Made by a program: the position numbers and the translations under genes | DNA from: Candidatus Aminicenantes bacterium | GTDB taxonomy: Bacteria > Acidobacteriota > Aminicenantia > Aminicenantales > CAVYOD01 | DNA: 64,000 nt | Reading direction: 5' to 3' | NCBI GenBank assembly: GCA_963701305.1 | Contig: OY969586.1 | Coordinates: 1,074,690-1,138,689 of the forward strand | The notes under the pieces: model-generated | The model's input: the letters and a program-made list of their open reading frames with translations, nothing else | The model's database searches: none | What the model was told of the DNA's origin: nothing | Shown: in pieces, positions 1-9,172 of the stretch | Numbering within the stretch: the stretch's first letter is position 1 | Layout of the letters: the number at the start of each line of letters is the position of its first letter

Positions 1-2201
1 AAACATTGCGCTAGCTCCCAGGCCACGAGAACAGCTTCCGAAGACGGCTTGAGGATAACCGAGTTGCCCGCGGCCAGTGCCGCGGCGACGCCGCCGCAGG
101 GGATCGAAATCGGGAAATTGAAAGGTGAGACGACGACAACAACACCCCTGGGCCGAGCAACCAGTGTGGGCATCTCCTGCCACCAGCTGGCGGTGTCACG
201 ATAGAACTCCACAAAGTCGACGGCTTCAGAGACCTCGGGGTCCGATTCCGAGATGGTCTTGCCGCCGCTGGCCAGGGCAGCGCCGACGAGGTCGGCGCGG
301 GCGAGACGGATCTCTTCGGCCACCTTGCCCAGCAGCTCGTGCCGACTGCCCGCCGATCTTCTCCGCCAGCCGTCTTCGTCGGCCAAGGCGCACTTGATCG
401 CAGCCTCGATATCGTCCTCAGTGGCTTGCCGGAAGCGTCCGACCACGAACCCCGGCCTGGAGGGATCGGGACAATTGCGGATCGCCCGTCCCGAAGTCCC
501 TGCGGACTTGTCGTGCTCAGCCGTCGGCCTGCCCTCGAAAATATCCTCCCCTCCGAGGACCAGCGGGATTTCGGAGGCCTTCTCGCCGTGCCGAGATTCC
601 CAGTTTGCGATCAACCGTTTCGCCCATTCGCTGTTGTGCGGCAGCGAAAAATCGGTGTCGGGCTCGTTCACGAAATGCTGCCAACCCCGGGCGACGGCGG
701 GCTGGAGTGGTGGCGGGAGCAGTCTGTTCTGCGTTCGACGCGGCGACTCGGACAGCTTCTCGATGGCCGCGAATGCATCTCTGAAGCCTCTTTCCAATCG
801 CTCCCAATCCAGACCGCCGGCCTTGATGCGAAAGGCGTAGCGGAGAAAGTTTTCGGGCCCGGTGTTTTCGTCGAGCCGGCGGATCAAATAGCCGATGGCG
901 CTGATGAAATTCTCTTTGCGGAACACCGGGGCATAGACAAGAATGTTTCCGGCCAGCTCGAAGAGCGCCCGTCTTTCGGGATTGGCCATGCCTTCGAGCA
1001 TCTCAAATTGAACTTTGTCCTCGAGATCGTTGTCCACGGCCAGGACCAGCGCGTAGGCTAGATCAAACAGGTTGTGGGAGGCCACGCCCAAGCGGACGGC
1101 GGAGATGTTCTGGGGTCTAATCGCCTCCTGGATCATACGCTTGAAATTGGCGTCCGTCTCGAGCTTTGTCTTGAAAGGCGCCTGCGGCCAGCCTTTGAGT
1201 GACGCCTCCACTCGCTCCATTTCCAGGTTCGCTCCTTTGACAATTCGCAGTGTCACCGGCGCGCCACCAGCCGCCACCCGCCGTCGGGCCCAGGCGTTGA
1301 GTTCCTTCTGGGTCCTGAAAGAATCGGGAATGTAGGCCTGCAGGGCGATGCCGGCGCTCACCTTCTCCAGCCCCGGCCGGCTGAGTGCCCGTATGAAAAC
1401 CTCAGCGGTGAGGCTCATATCGCGATACTCCTCCATGTCAAGATAGATGAACTTGGGCACGGCCGTGCCGTCGAGACGAACAAAGCTGAATCGTGCGGCA
1501 CTCCGGAAAAAGAGTTCGAGAAGATCGGAGAGGGTGGCGATTGTATGGTCGCGGGCAAGTCCCGAGATCTGCGAATAGAGCGTCGAGATTTTCAATGAGA
1601 TAACCTCGACCTCGGGGAGCTGGAGTCCGGCCAGGTTCAGGCGAATCCGGTTGGCAACCTCCTCCTCACTGAGCATCGCTTCGCCGAGGAAGTTCACGTT
1701 CATGCGAACGCCTTCGGCGCGGCGCTGGCGCAGGAAACGCTGGAGATCCTCAGCCTCGCCGGGAAGGACGATGTCCGAGGTCTCCCTCCGCATCCGGCTT
1801 TTGACGAGGGGAGCGGCGATGCCGGGCGCATAGCCTCCGAAGGCCCGAAGTCCCCTCAGGAGGGCCCGGTCTACGGGGCCGAGAAAGCGGGGGATGCCCT
1901 GGGAGCGAAGAATGTGATTGAATTGTTCCACGGCGCGGCTCGGCTTATTCGACCGGAAAGCCTGATCGGTCATGAGGACAAGAGTGGCTTTGTCCCGGGG
2001 ACTGTGGAGCAGGCCATCGAGCCTTGATCTCCGGCGGCGTTCGGAAGTCTTCTGCAGCCGTGAGGATCGCTCCTCAAGGAGGCGGGCGACGAAAAGAGCT
2101 TTTTGGATAACGGCCGGGAGCTGTGATTGAGGATCGGGCCTGAACTCGGCAAGCCGGTCTCGGAACCCGGCCCGCCGTGTCGGAACATTCCCCTGAGACA
2201 T
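1..2201 (-). CDS. putA: Bifunctional proline dehydrogenase / delta-1-pyrroline-5-carboxylate dehydrogenase (PutA-like). The N-terminal ~733 aa lie in the window; the C-terminus runs past position 1.
   Basis: Manual minus-strand translation from ATG at complement(2199..2201) gives an uninterrupted frame to position 1. It contains a PRODH TIM-barrel signature (RIVKGANLEMERVEASLKGW, SHNLFD) and then an ALDH-type motif (VVVVSPFNFPISIP). It is absent from the ORF track because there is no stop inside the window. Confidence 0.8.
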   Translation of the reverse strand, partial: MSQGNVPTRRAGFRDRLAEFRPDPQSQLPAVIQKALFVARLLEERSSRLQKTSERRRRSRLDGLLHSPRDKATLVLMTDQAFRSNKPSRAVEQFNHILRSQGIPRFLGPVDRALLRGLRAFGGYAPGIAAPLVKSRMRRETSDIVLPGEAEDLQRFLRQRRAEGVRMNVNFLGEAMLSEEEVANRIRLNLAGLQLPEVEVISLKISTLYSQISGLARDHTIATLSDLLELFFRSAARFSFVRLDGTAVPKFIYLDMEEYRDMSLTAEVFIRALSRPGLEKVSAGIALQAYIPDSFRTQKELNAWARRRVAAGGAPVTLRIVKGANLEMERVEASLKGWPQAPFKTKLETDANFKRMIQEAIRPQNISAVRLGVASHNLFDLAYALVLAVDNDLEDKVQFEMLEGMANPERRALFELAGNILVYAPVFRKENFISAIGYLIRRLDENTGPENFLRYAFRIKAGGLDWERLERGFRDAFAAIEKLSESPRRTQNRLLPPPLQPAVARGWQHFVNEPDTDFSLPHNSEWAKRLIANWESRHGEKASEIPLVLGGEDIFEGRPTAEHDKSAGTSGRAIRNCPDPSRPGFVVGRFRQATEDDIEAAIKCALADEDGWRRRSAGSRHELLGKVAEEIRLARADLVGAALASGGKTISESDPEVSEAVDFVEFYRDTASWWQEMPTLVARPRGVVVVVSPFNFPISIPCGGVAAALAAGNSVILKPSSEAVLVAWELAQC

Positions 2202-2226
2202 CCCTTTCGCCTGCTTCTTTAAGGAG

Positions 2227-2242
2227 GGTTGCACCTGCAACC
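2227..2242. promoter_or_regulatory. Perfect 16-bp palindrome GGTTGCACCTGCAACC, ~26 bp upstream of the putA start. It contains inverted GTTGCA half-sites.
   Basis: Seen directly in the sequence. GTTGCA is the half-site recognised by enterobacterial PutA repressor domains, so this is a candidate operator. Confidence 0.35.
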
Positions 2243-2533
2243 ATTTAATAAAAATCTAGAGCGGCTCGAGAATTCCCATCAAGGCGCCGCTCTGAGAGAC
2301 CTTCCGACGACAAAGGTTGGGCTCGGCCCCCGCAAAGAAATTCGGCGAAAATAACTCCGTTTTCTCCGGTCGGCAATCATCCCAAAATTGAATCGGCGGG
2401 GCGGGAACCCGACTGCACAAATACCTGCGTTGGAGAAACCATAGGCGTTTGGGCCTGTGCTCCGCAGGCAAGCTCAAAAAGCAAGAGAAACGAAACTCGT
2501 TTTTTTTCTGGCTAATCGCTTAAATTGATGCCT

Positions 2534-2935
2534 TTATTCCGTCTCGACGATGCTCTCGACCTTGATGATGTCCTTTTCCTTCGTGCCCATGACCGTGATC
2601 ATCATGTTGTCGGTTTTCGTAGTTTTGTTGAGCAGATCTGCTGCCATCTTGTTCCCGGCCGCGTCGAATTTGAAGAATTCGTATTTGCCCATCGAGTCCT
2701 TCATGATGATCCCATAGCCGGAGCTCATACAGCCCGGCATCTTCAAGCAGGCGACGGTGTGTTTTTCGGGGTTCATTTTCATGTCCGTTCCATCACCGGC
2801 CTTTCCCGCCGTCCAGCAGGCAACATCAGACAGAATTCCCTTGAATTCCATAGTTTTTGCCTGCACAGGAAGGAGACTGCCGAGATAAAGCACGGCCAGA
2901 AAGACAAAAATGCCCACGATAAACTTTTTGTTCAT
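2534..2935 (-). CDS. Small secreted/lipoprotein-like hypothetical protein, 133 aa.
   Basis: ORF with an N-terminal signal peptide (MNKKFIVGIFVFLAVLYLGSLLPVQA) and several Cys. No recognisable family. Confidence 0.5.
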   Translation of the reverse strand: MNKKFIVGIFVFLAVLYLGSLLPVQAKTMEFKGILSDVACWTAGKAGDGTDMKMNPEKHTVACLKMPGCMSSGYGIIMKDSMGKYEFFKFDAAGNKMAADLLNKTTKTDNMMITVMGTKEKDIIKVESIVETE

Positions 2936-3049
2936 TTAGTACCTCTCTTAGGGTTATGTTAGCGCATCCCGGAGCGACTGTCAATTTCCTACGTACTTTA
3001 CCCGGGTTGAGGGAGAGGCCCGGGAGATCGGTATAAATGAAAAGAAGGT

Positions 3050-5773
3050 TTACTTCGAGCCAAGGTCGGGGATGGGAACTTGCTCTGCGGCGCAGGTTGC
3101 CGACAACTCTTGCAGCGACCAAGGCTCGTCCTCAGGATAGATCGCCGAGTACGGCTGCTGAAGAAGCTCGACCGCCTCGCTGGTCTGCGCGTCGCACCAG
3201 CCGGGAATCTCCTTTTTGATTTCATTCAGCGAAACGCCGCTCAGTTTGAGGGTGATCAAGGTTTTCACGCTTTCGGTGTTGATCAGGATCGTTTTCATTC
3301 CTCCCTCAAGGATCTTCTTTTTGGCCCGGGCGATCTTCCCGTCCCCGATTTCGTCGAGGAGATGCATGTATTTCTCAAACAAAATCCATTCGTTGATAAG
3401 CACAGCTATTTCCGAAGGAGAAAACGAGGTCCAGAACCGGACGGGTTGCCTCAAACAGATGAACCGGCCGAGCATGAAGGTCCCCGCGGAATAGCCGTAT
3501 TTCTTTGTCTGGACGCATCTGCGGAGGGCATCCTTGAAAAACCTGATCTTTCTGTCCGGGGTCAAGAGGTTAAACACGGCGTGCTGTTTCAGATGGTCAC
3601 CCATCTCGCTTCGGAGAACATCCTTGACGTAGATGGTTCGATGGCCGTCGAACCATTTGTTGACAAGTTCTTTGGCCTTTTCCGTTTCCCCCCTGAATTC
3701 CAGGATCGCCAGCCGAATAATCTCCCGAAGGCTGGAGATCTGCTCCAGCTTCAGGCTGGCAATGAGTTCGTTGTAGGCCCGGTAAGCGCGGGCCATGGAG
3801 GCGAAGGCCGGTTTTTCCGCTTCATCCAGTTCAACGGCCTCGCCCTTCATATAGCGAAGCAGCCGGGCCGACTTGAACTTGGCCTTACCGAGATAGAGCG
3901 CCCTTCTGTAGGACGAGACGGTCACCCAATCGCCTTCTCGGATGACCAGGCCGTCCGGATTCACGAGCCTACGGCCGGCCGACCAGGTGATTCCTTTTTT
4001 TTCAAGGTTGATCAGGCCCGGCAGACCATAACTCTGACAGATGGTCACGACATGGATAGCCGCCGATGTCAAGCTGAGGATCGCGTCCATCTCGCGCATG
4101 ACCGCGGTGTCGCTCGGCTCGAATGCCTTTTTGCAGAGGCAGACCTTGTGTCCCATCTTTTTTTGGGCCAGGGCGGCCTCGGGAGTGAAGAAGACCTGGG
4201 CGGTCACGGCTGTCCGGGGAAGGAGCGAGACTCCCGAGCTGAAATGGACCAGCTCCTTGAATGACTCTGGATCGATCGTGTCCGACTCGATCTGTTTGAT
4301 TTGATAGGGCTTGATCAGTTCGGGAACCCTGCGCTGCGGGATGATCCCGCGTTTGTGAAGCTCCATCACGGCGATGAACGCCCCCCGACCGGTCATTTCC
4401 GAACGGTTCAGCTGGAGCAGGGCAAAAAACTCCTGCCGATCCGTAAAATCGGTCGCAAATTCAATGGTCACGGGAGACTGAAAATGTCGTTCCAGCCCGG
4501 TGAGCGCCGCGCTGAAATGATAAACCGCCGGGAAATCCGCTTTGATCTCGGCCCGCTCGGTGAAGTTCGTTTTCTCAGTTTCCACGGTGCCCGCCATGAT
4601 CTCTTCGCCAAAAATGTTCGTGGCGTGTTCGATCTGCTTGCATTCGCCCGTCCGGGGATGCCGGCTATAGAGAACCCCCACCTGAGAATTCTTGTTTCGG
4701 ACCGTGCAGATCATGTTCTGAAGGATCAGAGAGGGAAAGTGGGTCTCGCCCTTAGAAAAGGTGGTCAATAAATCCAGGTTGCTTTCGAAATACTTGTAGG
4801 CCTGCCTGACAAAAAAATCCGTCTGGTAATAGGGGTCCTGGAGGAGGTCCGGATCTTTCTTTTTGACCCGATCGAAAAGCTGGCCGAGCAGGGAGTTCAG
4901 GTTCTCGGGGGGCGCCTTGGGGCGCAAAAAGAGGGAGGCAAAGCCGCTCTGGTCCACGGCCCGGAGCATGTTCTTGAGGTTGTTCAGAAAGATCCGGGAG
5001 GCGGCCTCCTGGCCATAATAGAGGACGAGGGCAGGGAAGGCATTCTCCGTGACGCCGGCGTTGAGGTAGGTGGGCATGATGCCGGGCATGTAGCTGGGCA
5101 TGGCGCAGCGGATGGCGAATATCATAGGGTAAGTGGCCGAGCCAAGTGTTTGGGCGGTCAGCCTCTCCAAGTCATGCACTGCGGTTTCAATCTTCTTCTG
5201 ACGCTCCGGCGGCTTCTTCCGATAAACGTTGGCCGTCAAGATGACAAAATCCGGCACCGGATAACCTTGCTGGCTCAGACTCAAGAGAGTCGCACCCTTG
5301 TCCCCGGTGATTTTCTTAGAGTAGCGATCGGGACTCGTGCAGGGGACTACGCAATCATCACCCTGCCGAGGGACATTGCGGAAGAAATACCGCCACTCTT
5401 GATAATAATCGTTGATCAACCGGCGCATCTTCTGTTGAGACGGAGCGGAGCGATTCCGGGCGGAGAAAATGAGGCGGCAGTAGTCGAGCGCCTTTTTGAA
5501 GTCTTTCTGGCAAAGAAAGGGTAGGTCGAGCTCTCTGATCTCTGTCTCGCCGAGAAATCTCCCTCCTCTGCCGTAAAGCTCGAGAACCGGGGGAGAAAAG
5601 CCGGTCGGGCGCCGAGCCCGTTCATTCAAGAGACGCTCTTTCATGCTGCTCAGAATGGCCCGCTGGTTGGGGTAATTCCCGCTGACGAAGAACCTCTCGA
5701 TGGATCGAAGATCTTTGACAATCATCCCCTGTGCCACGGAAGATTCAGTATCATAGGAGATTGGGAAAGTCAA
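3050..5773 (-). CDS. PEP-synthase / pyruvate-phosphate-dikinase family protein (PPDK_N ATP-grasp-like nucleotide-binding domain plus PEP-utilising mobile domain), 907 aa.
   Basis: The motif GDKGATLLSLSQQGYPVPDFVIL resembles the PPDK N-terminal GGKGANL...GLPVPPGF motif. A central TSAAIHVV...GLPGLINL...EGDWVTVSS segment resembles the phosphohistidine swivel domain (GGRTSHAAI...GIPAVVG...DGDRVTVDG), but the His is displaced. The N-terminal ~150 aa and C-terminal ~270 aa are unrecognised. Confidence 0.6.
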   Translation of the reverse strand: MTFPISYDTESSVAQGMIVKDLRSIERFFVSGNYPNQRAILSSMKERLLNERARRPTGFSPPVLELYGRGGRFLGETEIRELDLPFLCQKDFKKALDYCRLIFSARNRSAPSQQKMRRLINDYYQEWRYFFRNVPRQGDDCVVPCTSPDRYSKKITGDKGATLLSLSQQGYPVPDFVILTANVYRKKPPERQKKIETAVHDLERLTAQTLGSATYPMIFAIRCAMPSYMPGIMPTYLNAGVTENAFPALVLYYGQEAASRIFLNNLKNMLRAVDQSGFASLFLRPKAPPENLNSLLGQLFDRVKKKDPDLLQDPYYQTDFFVRQAYKYFESNLDLLTTFSKGETHFPSLILQNMICTVRNKNSQVGVLYSRHPRTGECKQIEHATNIFGEEIMAGTVETEKTNFTERAEIKADFPAVYHFSAALTGLERHFQSPVTIEFATDFTDRQEFFALLQLNRSEMTGRGAFIAVMELHKRGIIPQRRVPELIKPYQIKQIESDTIDPESFKELVHFSSGVSLLPRTAVTAQVFFTPEAALAQKKMGHKVCLCKKAFEPSDTAVMREMDAILSLTSAAIHVVTICQSYGLPGLINLEKKGITWSAGRRLVNPDGLVIREGDWVTVSSYRRALYLGKAKFKSARLLRYMKGEAVELDEAEKPAFASMARAYRAYNELIASLKLEQISSLREIIRLAILEFRGETEKAKELVNKWFDGHRTIYVKDVLRSEMGDHLKQHAVFNLLTPDRKIRFFKDALRRCVQTKKYGYSAGTFMLGRFICLRQPVRFWTSFSPSEIAVLINEWILFEKYMHLLDEIGDGKIARAKKKILEGGMKTILINTESVKTLITLKLSGVSLNEIKKEIPGWCDAQTSEAVELLQQPYSAIYPEDEPWSLQELSATCAAEQVPIPDLGSK

Positions 5774-5909
5774 AAGACGTCTCTCTCGTCGTCGCGTCTA
5801 TCTCGCAGTCGCGTCGGGCTCATTACTCCTGCCCTTTCATCCTCACTTCCATTCTGCATTTACAAAAGCAGATCAAAAACATAAAATACAGCTCCTGGGA
5901 AAATTAGAG

Positions 5910-6650
5910 ATGAAAGCGAGACCCGATTCGAATCAGATTTGCGTACTGGATAAAATTCCCCTCAGGCTGGACGCCGACCAAGCCGTGATGGCGCTTCACT
6001 GGAACAGCAAGAGGGACCCAGAATCGGAGCTGCGAAAACTCCTCGATCAGGCGAAAATGCTGATTCAGGCAAAAGCCGTCTACCGTGTTTCTGCTGTTGG
6101 TTCGGTTTCGGGAGATGAGGTCGCCGTCGGGGGCGTAACATTTTCCAGTCGTGTTTTGAGGATCAACCTGGCGAGAGTCAAATCGGCATTTCCTTATATC
6201 ATTACGATCGGGAAATCCCTGGAAACTGAGGCTCAGTCATCTGGGGACCTTCTCAAACAATATTATCTTGAAACCCTGGGCGACTTGGCTCTCCATCTGG
6301 CAGAGGAATATCTCGCCAAAACGATAAAAAAAGAGTACCGGCTCAAGCATCTTTTCAGCATGAATCCCGGCTCGCTGAAAAACTGGCCTCTAAGCCAGCA
6401 AAGACCGCTTTTCGCCCTCTTTGGAAATATAGAAGGACTTCTCGGGGTTAGGCTCTCGGACCAGATGCTCATGATCCCAAGGAAATCGATCTCAGGCATC
6501 TTTATCCCGTCGCCTGCAAAATTCTCGAGTTGCAAGCTCTGTCGCAGGAAAAACTGCCAGGGGAGAAAAGCCCCTTATGACGCCCGTCTGAGACAAACTT
6601 ACCAGCTCGAAGAGGAGTTCGATTCGCCCGGCGAAAGCTGCGAATTCTAG
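5910..6650 (+). CDS. Stand-alone protein resembling the methionine synthase (MetH) B12 reactivation/AdoMet-binding domain.
   Basis: FSMNPGSLKNWPLSQQRPLFALFGNIEGLLGVRLSDQMLMIPRKSISGIFI matches the conserved core of Met_synt_B12 activation domains (FSPGYGDWPL..Q..LF.LL...IGV.LTESCMM.P.KSVS). There is also a C-terminal CKLCRRKNC cluster. Confidence 0.55.
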   Translation: MKARPDSNQICVLDKIPLRLDADQAVMALHWNSKRDPESELRKLLDQAKMLIQAKAVYRVSAVGSVSGDEVAVGGVTFSSRVLRINLARVKSAFPYIITIGKSLETEAQSSGDLLKQYYLETLGDLALHLAEEYLAKTIKKEYRLKHLFSMNPGSLKNWPLSQQRPLFALFGNIEGLLGVRLSDQMLMIPRKSISGIFIPSPAKFSSCKLCRRKNCQGRKAPYDARLRQTYQLEEEFDSPGESCEF

Positions 6651-6692
6651 CGCGGACGGCGCGTCGGAAATTCCGCTTTCAGTCTCCCATAT

Positions 6693-7184
6693 TCAGCTGA
6701 GGAAGCCCGCTTCTCCGATCTGGTAGCTCTCCACGTCTTGCCCATAATAAAGGCTTGGAATGTAGGGAATCGATCCGGTCCACCAAAAGCGCTTGGGATC
6801 GATTTCAATCGTCTGGATCCGCTTCTCCCGTTTCAGCCGGGCCAGAAAGGAAACAATATCCAGATGATCGGTATCCCGGAAGCAGGTCAAGAAGGGGCTC
6901 AAAGGCGCAACCGTCTTTATGAGGTCTTGATTTCGCTCGGGCAAAATCATGATAATCTGGGTCTCACGGAGGAATTTCTGGAGTGAGACGATGCTCATAA
7001 CCTCCTCTTCGTCTGCCGTCAGAAAAACGGCGATGTCCGGGGACGAGAAATTCCCCAGATAGCTGGCCAAGCCCGAGACGGTTCTCATGATCCTAAGCTT
7101 TTCGTCGGGAACAGTCTGCTTGATCAGTTCCTGGATTCGATATCCCTCATCCCGAGTTTTAGCCGAAAAAAAGAACAAGCTCAT
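6693..7184 (-). CDS. Hypothetical protein with a degenerate receiver-like (pseudo-REC) fold. Paralog of 8705..9112.
   Basis: Clear paralogy to the 8705..9112 product (DIAVFLTADEEEVMSIVSLQKFLRETQIIMILPERNQD versus LSVAILFAPTKEELLALVPLRESFRETKVLLILQDQD). The layout is CheY-like but the phospho-acceptor Asp and the Lys are missing. The ribosome-binding site is GGAGGG. Confidence 0.45.
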   Translation of the reverse strand: MSLFFFSAKTRDEGYRIQELIKQTVPDEKLRIMRTVSGLASYLGNFSSPDIAVFLTADEEEVMSIVSLQKFLRETQIIMILPERNQDLIKTVAPLSPFLTCFRDTDHLDIVSFLARLKREKRIQTIEIDPKRFWWTGSIPYIPSLYYGQDVESYQIGEAGFLS

Positions 7185-7243
7185 TGTTTCCCTCCGTCTG
7201 ATGCGTTTTTCTCATTTTTTTTCCGTGACTCTTTTCCCCTGAT

Positions 7244-7258
7244 TCAAGAAATGTGCCA
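7244..7258 (-). promoter_or_regulatory. Sigma54-type promoter (-24 TGGCAC / -12 TTGA, N5 spacing) upstream of 6693..7184.
   Basis: The minus-strand sequence reads TTGGCACATTTCTTGAATC. The same TGGCAC-N5-TTGA architecture recurs upstream of the paralog at 9158..9172. An NtrC-family activator is encoded nearby. Confidence 0.45.
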
Positions 7259-7466
7259 AACTCATAAGACGAATTCTCCCCCCGATTCAAGGGGAATATT
7301 TGAAATCCCGGGTCGGGTTGATCCAGTCTGAGTATCGCGATACAGAACAAATCTTCCTTCGCAGGACTCTAAGATAATATTCTGTATGTCGCTGTTTTCG
7401 GCCGGAATCGCGGAAAATGGACATATGATTTTATTTGGGCCGGCGGGGGCGAAAAGGAGGTCTCCT

Positions 7467-7497
7467 CTGGCCCCTCGCGGTCACCGCGGGGGGCCAG
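7467..7497. other. GC-rich hairpin (13-bp stem, 4-nt loop) in the 690-bp divergent intergenic region between the pseudo-REC gene and the superoxide reductase gene.
   Basis: CTGGCCCCTCGCGG-TCAC-CGCGGGGGGCCAG, seen directly. It is flanked by AAAGGAGG and AAGGAGATGG. Confidence 0.4.
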
Positions 7498-7873
7498 AAG
7501 GAGATGGCGAAGAGTTTATTTAAAAGGAGGAATTGAGAGTCTTGGATTCTTTGATCCACCTTCTTTTTAACAACCTCACTCGCCCATAATACAAAAAACA
7601 TGCCAAAGTCAGGACAACTACAGTTTTACTCTATAAGGGGAAAGGACCGGCTCTGCATCTAAGTTCGACACGCGAGGGCTCACTTTATTCTGCAAAACAG
7701 GAAAATTTCCTGCCAGGTGGGAATCTTCCCTCTATTTATATAAACTTGGATTCTCGAGTTCTGGACTTCAAGGGTATGGGAAACGGAGGGGGCTTGGCCA
7801 GATTCTGGTATGTATCTTGCAGGCAAAATTGAATTGAAGGACGTTTTATGCTCAATAAAAAGGAGGTTCCTTA

Positions 7874-8269
7874 ATGGCCGGCTTCAAGGACTTATTTCAG
7901 TCAGCGGATTGGAAGCAGGAAAAACACATCCCAGTCATTGACGCGCCGAAGAAGGTCAAGAAGGGGGAATTCTTCCAGGTCAAAGTGACCATCGGGAAAG
8001 AAATCGCCCATCCCAATAAGACCGAGCATCACATCAGTTGGATCGACGTTTACTTCCATCCGGAGGGAGAAAAATTCCCCCACCAAATCGGAAAAGCCGA
8101 ATTCATGGCCCACGGCGCTTCGACCCAAGGCCCCGATACCAGTACGGTCTATACCCACCACGAAGTCATTTTTAGCTTTAAAACCGACAGGCCAGGCGCT
8201 ATCTTCGCTTCAAGCCTCTGCAACATCCATGGGCTCTGGCAAAATTCTCAACCCCTAGAAGTCGATTGA
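7874..8269 (+). CDS. Superoxide reductase (neelaredoxin / desulfoferrodoxin-family ferrous-iron centre II domain).
   Basis: Contains EKHIPVI (EKHVPVI box), HPNKTEHHISWI (iron-ligand His) and CNIHGLW (Cys ligand, CNLHGLW consensus). Strong RBS AAAGGAGG 7 nt upstream. Confidence 0.8.
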   Translation: MAGFKDLFQSADWKQEKHIPVIDAPKKVKKGEFFQVKVTIGKEIAHPNKTEHHISWIDVYFHPEGEKFPHQIGKAEFMAHGASTQGPDTSTVYTHHEVIFSFKTDRPGAIFASSLCNIHGLWQNSQPLEVD

Positions 8270-8344
8270 GGAGCGGAGAAAGAATTGAGCAGGGACCTGC
8301 TGCGGCCGGAAAAGCGCTCTCTTAGATCAAATTGAAAAAATATC

Positions 8345-8686
8345 TTAGGAGAGAGGTTCTCTAAATTCTTCGGAGACGCTTGGACGTCCCAATCTCTTTT
8401 CCAGTATTCGTCTCGGATACTCGCCCGAGTGGCCGAAATAAAGCCAGCTGTCTCCCGCAAAATTTTCCTGGAGCCCGAGCAGGTCATCGAGAGCGATGAC
8501 CAGGTCGGCCATGTCTCTTTTCCTAATCCATCTTTTTTCCCTGAGGCGGACGATCCAGTCCAGAACCTCGGAGGAAGTATTGCAGGAGGTCAGAGGGATC
8601 GTATACAGGCAATCCCCTCCGCCGTTGCAAAATCGGAGCGACAAATTCTCCGCATCCGCCAACCACCTGCCCCATGTTTTTTTCAT
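8345..8686 (-). CDS. Hypothetical protein, 113 aa. It sits 19 bp downstream of the pseudo-REC paralog and is probably co-transcribed with it.
   Basis: ORF only. No family recognised. Confidence 0.4.
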   Translation of the reverse strand: MKKTWGRWLADAENLSLRFCNGGGDCLYTIPLTSCNTSSEVLDWIVRLREKRWIRKRDMADLVIALDDLLGLQENFAGDSWLYFGHSGEYPRRILEKRLGRPSVSEEFREPLS

Positions 8687-8704
8687 CGGCCCCTCCTTTG
8701 GGAT

Positions 8705-9112
8705 TCAGGCACCCATTCCCTCGAGCCCCGATCTATTTTGATGCGAATCCAACAGGTTTTGTAGCACCGAAAGGGTTCGGCTGTAATTATTCTCCGTGTA
8801 GGAAAGATAGGTTGGAAATAGCCTGTGAGCCAGAGAAATCGTCTCCCTATCCTGGTCCTGAAGGATGAGTAAGACCTTCGTCTCCCGGAAAGACTCACGC
8901 AGAGGGACGAGGGCCAAGAGCTCTTCCTTTGTCGGCGCAAAGAGAATTGCGACTGACAATGTGTTTTTGGGTTTCAAGAGCCTCTCAGACAAGCTCTGGT
9001 ACGTTCGGAAGATTTCCAACCCCGCCTTGGGTGCCGCCTGCCGAACGTCCCGGATGAGATGGGTTCCTTCGGCGCTCGTGCTGGCCGCATAAACAAATAC
9101 ATTCATATCCAT
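8705..9112 (-). CDS. Hypothetical pseudo-receiver-like protein. Paralog of 6693..7184.
   Basis: See the paralog entry. RBS is GGGGAG. Confidence 0.45.
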   Translation of the reverse strand: MDMNVFVYAASTSAEGTHLIRDVRQAAPKAGLEIFRTYQSLSERLLKPKNTLSVAILFAPTKEELLALVPLRESFRETKVLLILQDQDRETISLAHRLFPTYLSYTENNYSRTLSVLQNLLDSHQNRSGLEGMGA

Positions 9113-9157
9113 ACTCCCCTCTAGATCTTCTCATTCATTCTCCCAAGCTAAATGCAA

Positions 9158-9172
9158 TCAAGAAACGTGCCA
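9158..9172 (-). promoter_or_regulatory. Sigma54-type promoter (TGGCAC-N5-TTGA) upstream of 8705..9112.
   Basis: The minus-strand sequence reads TTGGCACGTTTCTTGATTGCA. It is the second copy of the motif found at 7244..7258. Confidence 0.45.

Noticed and set aside
125-1335. Several + strand ORFs (125..397, 253..840, 339..1061, 1072..1335) with Arg/Pro-rich low-complexity translations.
   Set aside because: They lie antisense to the long uninterrupted putA frame on the minus strand and have the compositional look of GC-rich shadow ORFs.
3080-4771. ORFs 3080..4264 (+), 4301..4771 (+) and similar inside 3050..5773.
   Set aside because: Antisense shadows of the 907-aa PpsA-like gene. No RBS and no homology.
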